A stretch of DNA of 64,000 nucleotides. Origin: an uncultured archaeon (lineage in GTDB: Archaea; Aenigmatarchaeota; Aenigmatarchaeia; QMZP01; JACQNV01). The position numbers were made by a program, and so were the translations under genes. The notes below the pieces were generated by a model that saw only the letters and a list, made by a program, of their open reading frames with translations, ran no database searches and had not been told where the DNA came from. Numbering within the stretch: position 1 is the stretch's first letter; each line of letters opens with the position of its first letter. Positions 56,490 through 64,000 of the stretch are shown piece by piece. The stretch spans positions 28,346 to 92,345 of the forward strand of contig CAZVWU010000001.1 of the NCBI GenBank assembly GCA_964631205.1, given 5' to 3'.

Positions 56490-56942
56490 ATGCTCAAAGA
56501 AGGGGATAAAGCGCCTGATTTCGAACTGGCGGATTCTGAAGGAAAGGCCCATAAACTTTCTGATTACGTCGGCAAAAAAATTGTTCTGTATTTTTATCCA
56601 AGGGACAATACTCCTGGATGCACAAAAGAAGCATGCAGCTTCCGCGATAATTATAATTTGCTCCAGAATAGCGGGCTTGTTATCATCGGGATAAGCACAG
56701 ATTCCGAAGAATCGCACAAAAGATTCCAGCAAAAATACAAACTGCCTTTCATCTTGCTTGCAGACAAGGAAAAGGAAGTTGTGAAAAAATACAGGGTCTG
56801 GCAGGAAAAGAATTTCATGGGCAGGAAATTTATGGGGACAGTAAGGACAACATTTATTATAGACCAGAAAGGTAACATATCCAAAATCTTCTCAAGAGTA
56901 AAGCCTGACAAGCACGCAGAAGAGGTTTTGGCCTCCCCCTAA
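56490..56942 (+). CDS. bcp: Peroxiredoxin Bcp (AhpC/TSA family)
   Basis: Contains DNTPGCTKEAC. Confidence 0.85.
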   Translation: MLKEGDKAPDFELADSEGKAHKLSDYVGKKIVLYFYPRDNTPGCTKEACSFRDNYNLLQNSGLVIIGISTDSEESHKRFQQKYKLPFILLADKEKEVVKKYRVWQEKNFMGRKFMGTVRTTFIIDQKGNISKIFSRVKPDKHAEEVLASP

Positions 56943-57200
56943 TCTTTAATGCAAACAGTCAGCCTATCACAATTTTTAAGGTAAAGGGAAATATCCATTT
57001 TATGCTTTCTATCGCCTCCCCCCCCTTTCGATATAAAAATCTCCGTCTTCCTCTATTAACCTGCCGACAAGATATAACCCAAAATATTCGCTGCCACCTG
57101 AAATTTCAACAATTCGCCCAATGTGGCCTTTTAATGTTTGGGTTTTAGAATCAAGATGATCCACAAGTTCCATAGAATAATTTGAACCCAGAATTTAAAA

Positions 57201-58391
57201 ATGCGGGAGATGGGCAAAGGCTCTTCGCAATTGGTCTCAGGTTTTGAGTTCAGGGTGTTGAGTGGTGTCTACAGGAAGGCCTTAATTGGTATCTTGAATA
57301 ATGTATCGGAAGAGAATAAAAGCATTATCTACAGGTTTCTGGAAGAGGAATGCGTTAAAAAAGGCTTGACTGAAAGACGGAGGGAAAAGTATATACGGAT
57401 TATATCAAAAGTTGTATCCTCAATTGGAACCAGAATTTTAAATGAAATAAACAAACCGGACATAGACAACTTCTTTTTCTATCTGAAATCAAGCAACCTC
57501 AGTGACCCGACAAAGGAAGACTACTGGAATATGTTCAGGATATTTTCTGAATACTTGAACCCAAATCTCGGAGTCAGGACTTACAGGCTCAAAACCAAGA
57601 AGAAGCATAAACTGCCAGAAGAAATCTTCAAAGAGGATGAGATCAAAATGGTGATAGAAGCCGCTTATTCTATTCGGGACAAAGCTCTCCTCAGCCTTCT
57701 ATATCACGGAGCTTTGAGGCCTTTGGAACTTACAAGCGCCAGAATAATGGATTTAACCTTTGACCAGTATGGGGCTGTCCTGATGGTGAGGGAGATCAAC
57801 AAGACAGGCTCCAGAAGGTTAAGATTGATAGAACCTGTCCCTTTGCTAGCCCAGTATTTACAAGAGCACAGATACAGGGAAGATCCGCATGCGCCTTTAT
57901 TTTACAGGCAGGACAGATATACAAAGACACATCTTAACCCTCAGCAATTAAGCAGACTTGTAAAGGAATGCTCAAAGCGGGCAGGAATAAACAAAGGAAG
58001 GATGTACGCATATCTGTTCAGGCACAGCAGACTCACACACCTATCAAAACATCTCACAAGCCAAGAGGTAATGGTTTTCGCTGGCCACACTCAATTAGCA
58101 ACAACACAGATCTATGTGCATCTGTCGGGCACAGATGTTGAGAACAAATTGCTAAAGATAAACGGGATTGTAAAGCAGGAGGAAAATACTGCTGTTTTAA
58201 AAACACAGATTTGTGTAAGGTGCAATACGCAAGCAGACGCCTCTTCCAAATACTGCCCAAAATGTGGGATGGTTCTTGATCAAAAAGAGGCTTTTTATTT
58301 GAAAGACAAAACTGAAAATGATTTCCAACAGTTTATGATGGAGATGTTCAGGAAGTGGAAAAATAGTACAGAACATGAAAGAAAGCTTTAA
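57201..58391 (+). CDS. Tyrosine recombinase / integrase (phage-integrase family) with a C-terminal zinc ribbon
   Basis: Catalytic residues in RPLEL, LFRHSRLTHL and GHTQLATTQIYVHL. C-terminal CVRCN...CPKCG. Confidence 0.8.
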   Translation: MREMGKGSSQLVSGFEFRVLSGVYRKALIGILNNVSEENKSIIYRFLEEECVKKGLTERRREKYIRIISKVVSSIGTRILNEINKPDIDNFFFYLKSSNLSDPTKEDYWNMFRIFSEYLNPNLGVRTYRLKTKKKHKLPEEIFKEDEIKMVIEAAYSIRDKALLSLLYHGALRPLELTSARIMDLTFDQYGAVLMVREINKTGSRRLRLIEPVPLLAQYLQEHRYREDPHAPLFYRQDRYTKTHLNPQQLSRLVKECSKRAGINKGRMYAYLFRHSRLTHLSKHLTSQEVMVFAGHTQLATTQIYVHLSGTDVENKLLKINGIVKQEENTAVLKTQICVRCNTQADASSKYCPKCGMVLDQKEAFYLKDKTENDFQQFMMEMFRKWKNSTEHERKL

Positions 58392-58417
58392 ATATCCAAG
58401 TATTCTATATTACACTA

Positions 58418-58813
58418 TTGCATTATTGCAATATGAGGATATTTATGGCGAAAGCAAATATCGATACTAAATCTGGCACAAAAATTACAATAGAAGGCAC
58501 AAGCGAAGAAATATCAGAAATTATATCAGTTGTTCAACGAAGGGAAGAAAGTGGTAGAATCAGAGCTCAATCAACAAAAGAAATCACAAAAAACAAAGGG
58601 ACTAAACTTTCTGATCTCCTACTGGAAATGCGAGAGGAGGGCTATTTTGATAAGCCACAGGGATTAGTTGAGGTGAAAAAAATACTAGAAGAAAAGGGGC
58701 ATATATATCCAGTAACAACCCTCTCAGGAGTTCTATTGGCGGCCGTCAAAAAAAGAACACTTCGTAGGCTACCAGAAGGTAAACGCTGGGTATATGTCAA
58801 AGGAAGCATATGA
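58418..58813 (+). CDS. Hypothetical protein
   Basis: 131 aa. Its stop is 6 nt from the GNAT start. Confidence 0.3.
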   Translation: MHYCNMRIFMAKANIDTKSGTKITIEGTSEEISEIISVVQRREESGRIRAQSTKEITKNKGTKLSDLLLEMREEGYFDKPQGLVEVKKILEEKGHIYPVTTLSGVLLAAVKKRTLRRLPEGKRWVYVKGSI

Positions 58814-58819
58814 TTTCTT

Positions 58820-59374
58820 ATGGGAGAAAAAGTAAAATCAGAAGACATCAGAACAGAGAAACTGGAAGAAAGACATGCAAAGCTTCTGGCTACCTTTTCA
58901 ACGGAAAATAAGGAACTGAAAGCCTTTCTTGTTGAAGATGCCCTCAAAAACCAACAGCTTTCAATATCAACAACATATCTCTGGTTTTACAACCCAACAA
59001 GCGAACTGGTTGCCTACATATCCTTGTTAAACGACTCCCTAAGGATAAGGGAAACAGAGCTGGAAAAACTGTTTGTTGAAAAAGGCATTTTGTACAAAAG
59101 TTTGCCTGCGCTAAAAATAGGAAGGCTTTGTGTGGACAATAGGTTTGCAGGAAGAGGTATAGGCACATTCCTCACTAAATTTGCAATGATAAAAGCCTCA
59201 AAAATAGGCGAAGATGTTGGATGCAGGTTTCTTGTTTTGGATTCCAAGAAAGAGGCTGTCGAATTTTACAAGAAAATGGGCTTCTGGGTTTTAAGGGAGA
59301 ACGAGAAAGAAACATTTCCAATGTACTACGATTTATTGAATGTGGCTCCCATGTACAAAGAAACTAAGCATTAA
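58820..59374 (+). CDS. GNAT-family N-acetyltransferase
   Basis: Motif A RFAGRGIGTFL and an acetyl-CoA site. Confidence 0.75.
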   Translation: MGEKVKSEDIRTEKLEERHAKLLATFSTENKELKAFLVEDALKNQQLSISTTYLWFYNPTSELVAYISLLNDSLRIRETELEKLFVEKGILYKSLPALKIGRLCVDNRFAGRGIGTFLTKFAMIKASKIGEDVGCRFLVLDSKKEAVEFYKKMGFWVLRENEKETFPMYYDLLNVAPMYKETKH

Positions 59375-59559
59375 AAACCTTTGCTAATTTCTGCAGTTCT
59401 TTGGCTAGCTCAATCTCTTTCTGTGTAGGAGGAGAGTTTTGCTTTTCTATCATCCTCTGAACAAATCTCCTTGCATCTTCACCTCTCAATTCAGGTGTTG
59501 GTTCTATTGGCTTTGCCATATAATTATAGTCAATTTCAGGGCTTATAAACGCCTTTCCT

Positions 59560-59916
59560 CTAATCTTCCCTGCCTTTCACAGAATCCCTCAGGTTGAACA
59601 ACATCTTCCTAATCTCTACCAATCTGTTAAGGAGTTTCTCCGCTTTAGCTTTGTCTATAAGTTCCAAGTCTTTGCATATGTTGAGCCAGTATTCTGCTTC
59701 AAAAGCTTCACCAATGCAAACCCTCAGTTTTTCAGATTGTTGAGCTGGTTTATTCATCGAACAAAACTCCATAAGGTTTGCTGGTATGCTCGTTATTGCA
59801 CCAAGAAGCTGTTCTTGCAGTCTGTATTTTCCTTTGAAGTTTTCAATTTCCTTTATCACATCTTTTGACAGCTCATAAGCTATCTTGTAGACTTCAAGAT
59901 TATATGGATTGTTCAT
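59560..59916 (-). CDS. Four-helix-bundle protein (23S rRNA intervening-sequence protein family)
   Basis: 118 aa, helical, with the family-typical EAEYWL block. Confidence 0.55.
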   Translation of the reverse strand: MNNPYNLEVYKIAYELSKDVIKEIENFKGKYRLQEQLLGAITSIPANLMEFCSMNKPAQQSEKLRVCIGEAFEAEYWLNICKDLELIDKAKAEKLLNRLVEIRKMLFNLRDSVKGRED

Positions 59917-59942
59917 ATTTTCACACTCCTTACTATTTGGAT

Positions 59943-60149
59943 TTACTCATCTAAAAACTCCCTTGCTATCCAGATTTCACGGTCTGTGAGTTCCTCTTCA
60001 TCCTCGAATTCGAGAACATGTTTAACCCTTTTTATTTCGCTTGATGTTGGCTTTTGAATTTCCATAAATTCCTCCCTTGAGCAGTCGGCAACACTCAAAA
60101 CCCTGAACTCAGAACTTTGGTTGCCCGCCCTATGTTTTTGAGATACCAT
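59943..60149 (-). CDS. Hypothetical small acidic protein
   Basis: 68 aa, possibly shorter if it starts at MEIQK. A GC-rich structured region lies immediately 5' of it. Confidence 0.25.
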   Translation of the reverse strand: MVSQKHRAGNQSSEFRVLSVADCSREEFMEIQKPTSSEIKRVKHVLEFEDEEELTDREIWIAREFLDE

Positions 60150-60154
60150 TTTTC

Positions 60155-60250
60155 TTAGGGGCTACAGGGGACGAGTAAGCGGGAGCTACCGTGTCCCCCT
60201 CCCAAGTGGAAGCGGAGGTTGAGCTGACCAACCAGAAAAAGCGAAACCCA
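60155..60250. ncRNA. GC-rich structured element, candidate ncRNA or att-like remnant
   Basis: About 60% GC in a 35% GC background. It has three consecutive hairpins: GGGGAC...GTCCCC, CCTCC...GGAGG, and GGTTG-AGCTGAC-CAACC. Confidence 0.3.
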
Positions 60251-60329
60251 AAACCATTAAATGCCTAGCTGAGTGAAAACGAAGCGGCTTTTATGGTTTT
60301 GATACGAGAACAAGTAAAATCGGCTAAAG

Positions 60330-61121
60330 TTAAACAATTATCGTACTTTTCTGATAAAGCAAAGGGAGACAATCTTGTCTTAATCTAAATTTCGTTCCAT
60401 GATTATGTCCTGTGCGAGCATCGAAATCTATCAATATTTTTCCAGAGTCTATTGCTTTCAAAAAACCTTCAAAATTAAATTTTTCCAACATCATAACTTT
60501 TGAATATTTGTAGAATTCTAGGTTACCTTCCTTTTTGACTTCTGCTTGAACATAAAAACAGTTTAGAAGCTTGGTACCAGCTTTATGTTCTAGATCATCG
60601 AAACCCCAATAAGGTTGCGGTTCTAATTCTTTCAAACCTACGCGTTCTTTAACAGATTTAAGCCAGTTCGTGTGTCGTACATCAACTGCCTTATAATCAA
60701 AAGATATAATTATCTTCCTTTCTTTTCTATTGATTATAACCATGAAACCGCGATCACTTCTTGATAAACCATGAATAGTCTGTCTAAAACTCATTTCATC
60801 TTTTGGGTAGTCTAATCCAGCCTCTTCGTGAGGCCAACCATACTTTGGCAAAAGTATTTGTGGTACAAATCGGAAGGCTCTTGGTGATGGCTCAATGTGA
60901 AATAATGTTGTTAAAGATGAGGAATTAAGACGCTGTGCTTTCAATTCCCATTCAGCGGCATTAGGTATTGGTAAATTATTTTCTTTTATACCAAGTAAAT
61001 CCTCAAGAGTATTACCAATTCCACCATGATTACCACTACGACTATTGAGTATCCAGCCTTTCTCTGATATCTCTTTCAACTTTTCAATCAATATTTGTTT
61101 TGTATAAATTATCGTTCCCAT
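60330..61121 (-). CDS. Type II restriction endonuclease, MvaI/BcnI family
   Basis: The N-terminal block SGNHGGIGNTLEDLLGIKENNLPIP is the MvaI/BcnI hallmark. The start is the internal Met MGTIIY. Confidence 0.65.
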   Translation of the reverse strand: MGTIIYTKQILIEKLKEISEKGWILNSRSGNHGGIGNTLEDLLGIKENNLPIPNAAEWELKAQRLNSSSLTTLFHIEPSPRAFRFVPQILLPKYGWPHEEAGLDYPKDEMSFRQTIHGLSRSDRGFMVIINRKERKIIISFDYKAVDVRHTNWLKSVKERVGLKELEPQPYWGFDDLEHKAGTKLLNCFYVQAEVKKEGNLEFYKYSKVMMLEKFNFEGFLKAIDSGKILIDFDARTGHNHGTKFRLRQDCLPLLYQKSTIIV

Positions 61122-61122
61122 A

Positions 61123-61869
61123 TTATAGCAATTTAGATTGAGATAATTGTTTTTTAATTCGCTCTTGGGCCATTTTACAATATTCTGGCGAAATATCAAT
61201 ACCTATATAGTTTCTTTTGAAATTAATAGCCGATATCGCAGTTGTTCCAGATCCCATGAATGGATCAAGTATAATTTTTGAACAGGTTGATGAAACAACC
61301 CTGTCAATTAAATTAACTGGAAATGCGGCAGGATGATCATTTTTCATCTCTTGGGTAAATTCCCAAACATCGCCATGGGAATTTGCTTTTGGTGCAAGCT
61401 TAAAATTCTTTTTTGCTATTAAATAGATTACTTCATATGTTGGAAGAAAATATCCAGGGTTAAAATTAAGTCCACCTTTTCTTTTCCAAATTATAATTTG
61501 CCTAACAGGAAATCCAATAAGTATATCTTGCCTATCTTGTAGAACTCCATCCTGAACACGCCATTTGTGATTGTAAAAAATTGCACCATTATCAGAAACT
61601 AGCCTCATCATTTCTGTAAGACAGTCTCTCTGCCACTTAACATATTTTTCATGCGGCATACAATCATCATGATTTGTATAGCCGTTTTGCAAGGCTGCGT
61701 TTGCCCATTTACCACCTCGCCCATCTTTCATACCGTTACCAGTGGAGTTTTTTAGGTTGTATGGGGGAGAAGTAATAATCAAGTCTATGGTTTCGTTGGG
61801 TATTTTTTTCATTACCTCTATAGCATCTCCACAAATGATCTTATTTAGGAAATCTTCTGGGAATTTCAT
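61123..61869 (-). CDS. DNA methyltransferase (N4-cytosine/N6-adenine, beta class), cognate of the MvaI/BcnI-like restriction endonuclease
   Basis: Motif IV IITSPPYN comes first and motif I DPFMGSGTT follows. Its stop abuts the endonuclease start. Confidence 0.8.
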   Translation of the reverse strand: MKFPEDFLNKIICGDAIEVMKKIPNETIDLIITSPPYNLKNSTGNGMKDGRGGKWANAALQNGYTNHDDCMPHEKYVKWQRDCLTEMMRLVSDNGAIFYNHKWRVQDGVLQDRQDILIGFPVRQIIIWKRKGGLNFNPGYFLPTYEVIYLIAKKNFKLAPKANSHGDVWEFTQEMKNDHPAAFPVNLIDRVVSSTCSKIILDPFMGSGTTAISAINFKRNYIGIDISPEYCKMAQERIKKQLSQSKLL

Positions 61870-61884
61870 AATTTACTAATCGAA

Positions 61885-62805
61885 TTATACTTCCTTTGAC
61901 ATCTTAATTAATTCTAAAATCTCAGGCAGATTAGAACCCTCTTCCACCTGCACCTCAAAACAATGTCCATTATAAAACCTTTGGACACCATCAGATAAAG
62001 GGCTTATTTTGTTATATTTGACCATTTGTTCCCCTTTTTCGTATGGTAACATAATAACTATTTTCATCTTCGACTTGCTAAAACTGATGAAGGCAAAATT
62101 GCGATCTTTCCTCAGAGAAACATAGTATTTTTGTGGATTAAAAATTATTTTGTCATCAACGGACAATATCTCTTGTTTGATTTTATTGTATATTTCTCTG
62201 ATAGAGTCACCAACTCTTTCTAAATGATCTTCTTCTGTATAAACCTTGACCTCTCTGCTCACTTCTTCAACAACTTTGCTTTTCTTACTTATCGTTTTTA
62301 TAGACTCTGAAGAATCTGGGGTTTCCAATTTCAAATATTGGACTAGATCACTGGTGTATTTTGAAACTTGCCATAGCTCTATTGGAAGGTCTCTAAAGTT
62401 AATGGCTTGCTGCTGATATTTTGAAAATTGTGGTGATACAAAAATAACTTTTGATTGTGTCCAATCGATATCCTCCTTTTTGATATTTTTATTGCCACAT
62501 TGATTGTATTCTAAAATAAATTCGGCTTTATTATTTAACATTAAAGACAAATATGCAAAACCCTGATCTATTACACTAAAGCTTCTATCATTTTTAAATT
62601 CTATGATTACAAAACTCTTTGACCGTTCATCGTAGGCTAAAGTGTCTATTCTGAGATTGTTCAGCGAAAATTCAGATTTTATAAATTTGAGATTAAAAAC
62701 AGCTTCTAAATTTTCTTCTGTTAATGTTTGGATATCCCTCTCTAATCCAAAATCCACTTCCTTCACCATTTGTAGCTTTTTAGCCTTTATAGAAAATAAT
62801 GGCAT
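61885..62805 (-). CDS. PD-(D/E)xK nuclease-superfamily protein (NucS/DUF91-like core) with a C-terminal domain of unknown function
   Basis: Contains RIDTLAYDERSKSFVIIEFKNDRSF...QGFAYLS. The start is probably MPLFSIK. Confidence 0.45.
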   Translation of the reverse strand: MPLFSIKAKKLQMVKEVDFGLERDIQTLTEENLEAVFNLKFIKSEFSLNNLRIDTLAYDERSKSFVIIEFKNDRSFSVIDQGFAYLSLMLNNKAEFILEYNQCGNKNIKKEDIDWTQSKVIFVSPQFSKYQQQAINFRDLPIELWQVSKYTSDLVQYLKLETPDSSESIKTISKKSKVVEEVSREVKVYTEEDHLERVGDSIREIYNKIKQEILSVDDKIIFNPQKYYVSLRKDRNFAFISFSKSKMKIVIMLPYEKGEQMVKYNKISPLSDGVQRFYNGHCFEVQVEEGSNLPEILELIKMSKEV

Positions 62806-62863
62806 AACTATACTTGTTTTTATTATATAAACGATATATATCTTTCCGTTCCAAATACCTCTA

Positions 62864-64000
62864 TGCAATCATTAGACCAAGAGAAGCTGGACATAATAAA
62901 CTCACCGGAAAATATCATTGTTGTCTCCAATCCGGGCACAGGAAAGACGACAACTTTAGCCCACAAGGTTCTTCATCTTTTGAAAAACGGCGCAAAACCA
63001 GAAGATATACTCTGTATTACTTTCACTGAAAAGGCCAAAAAGGAGATGTTTGATAAAATATGGGAAATTTCAGATGGAAGCATTAACGGCTCAGAATTGA
63101 TGAAGCTGAACATACACACCTTCCACAGCTTCGCTTTAGAGTACCTTACTGACAGAGGCTTGACAACAGGCGAAATAGCAGGAAACAATTTTCTAAGGTT
63201 TTCAATATTGAAGAGCTTTGAAAACAACAAAGCTTTCAATTACATAAAGGCCTACATCCTTTCGGAAATGGTTCCAAAGACAGAAAATGCAATAAGGTAC
63301 ATAAAGAGTTTTGGGATAACTCCTGAGAAAATAGACCTGCCAAAAACAGAAAAAGAAATTGAAAAGCTCTACGCAATAGCTAAAAAGTCAACTTACACTT
63401 TAGACGAGCTGAAAACATTTCTCAAATATTTTATAGAGGCATACAAAGAATACGAACTTTCCAAGAAGGATACAATAGATTATTCTGACATGCTGTTAAG
63501 GTTCCTTGAAAAGTTTGACGGGGTAAAATACAATTATGTGCTGGTTGACGAAATGCAGGACATGAATGAAATAGAGGCTGAGATTGTCCAAAAAGTAGGG
63601 AAAACCCTTTTTCTTGTAGGGGATTCCAAACAGGCAATATTCGGCTTCCAAGGTGGATCAATTAAAAACTTTGAGAAGTTCATGACAACCTGCAAACCCT
63701 TTCTCCTCGGCAAAAATAGAAGGAGCTGCCAGCAGGTTCTTGACTATTCAAAGACCCACTTTCTCAGCAAGACTTTGAAGAAGGAAATTTTCATCAAAGA
63801 ACTCGAATGCCTTCAGTCTGAAATAAGCGGGCCGAAGCCGAAAATAATATCGGCAAAATCGCCGTTCAAGAGGATTGTCGATATAATCAATTCCAACCCG
63901 GAAAAAAGCATAGGGATAATCACCAGAACGAACAAACAGCTTATAGAGATTTCTCAACACCTGCAGAAATGCAATATACCGTTTTCTTCAACGTCTTCCC
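62864..64000 (+). CDS. UvrD/Rep-like superfamily-1 DNA helicase (5' part, continues past the window end)
   Basis: Walker A SNPGTGKTTTLAHK, motif Ia CITFTEKA, motif II YVLVDEMQD, motif III FLVGDSKQAIFGFQGG. The frame is open to the window end. Confidence 0.75.

Larger units (their letters stand above)
57201..64000. mobile_element. Integrase-associated island (integrated element or defense island). The right boundary is not in the window.
   Basis: A contiguous stretch holds a tyrosine integrase, a GNAT, a four-helix-bundle protein, a GC-rich RNA-like patch, an MvaI/BcnI-type restriction-modification pair, a PD-(D/E)xK nuclease and a UvrD-like helicase. These are flanked by housekeeping genes (bcp and ribosomal proteins). 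No flanking att direct repeat was found. Confidence 0.4.

Noticed and set aside
56962-57174. 56-codon minus-strand ORF (MELVDHLDSKTQTLKGHIGRIVEISGG...) just upstream of the integrase
   Set aside because: It falls below the 60-aa size cutoff of the ORF track and is weakly barrel-like, but has no confident family. It could be real, perhaps an island-boundary remnant, so I left it out of the features.
58418-59374. GNAT and upstream ORF read as a GNAT/RHH toxin-antitoxin pair
   Set aside because: The upstream protein is 131 aa and shows no RHH or DUF1778 features. Only the tight spacing (6 nt) supports the idea.
1-64000. CRISPR arrays and rRNA genes
   Set aside because: No regularly spaced direct repeats of 24-40 nt and no rRNA-like GC-rich blocks were seen. 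The only tandem repeat is the 32-bp pair at 39936-40040.

Overview
This is a low-GC archaeal chromosome segment, and its gene content and synteny look like a small-genome, DPANN-like archaeon. About 80 protein genes are densely packed and almost all are information-processing. Recognisable genes include TFB, RadA, an RPA-like ssDNA-binding protein, FtsZ plus a SepF-like protein, GatB, TyrRS, HisRS, aIF5A with deoxyhypusine synthase, aIF2-beta, SUI1 and EF-1beta with its zinc-ribbon partner. The proteasome-alpha / SBDS / Rrp4 / Rrp41 / Rrp42 / L37ae / RpoP / prefoldin-beta superoperon is present. The S5-L30-L15-SecY-Adk-like-L34e-L14e cluster is present but rearranged. No rRNA genes or CRISPR arrays were found. 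Two tRNA-Arg genes on the minus strand appear to carry non-canonical introns: one has two (D-loop and T-loop), the other has one (D-loop). Intergenic regions contain several related families of short palindromic hairpin elements, often placed immediately upstream of start codons, plus promoter-like repeated motifs that also occur inside the tRNA introns. Other points of interest are a frameshifted SET-domain gene, three Tat-signal proteins (two of them HExxH-like paralogs flanking RPA), a pilin-like-signal LamG surface protein, a membrane-tethered wHTH regulator, and an Adk-like protein with a degenerate P-loop. The last ~7 kb looks like an integrase-associated island. It carries a GNAT acetyltransferase, an MvaI/BcnI-type restriction-modification pair, a PD-(D/E)xK nuclease, a partial UvrD-like helicase and a GC-rich structured non-coding patch. 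All calls rest on reading the translations and sequence by eye; no database searches were run.
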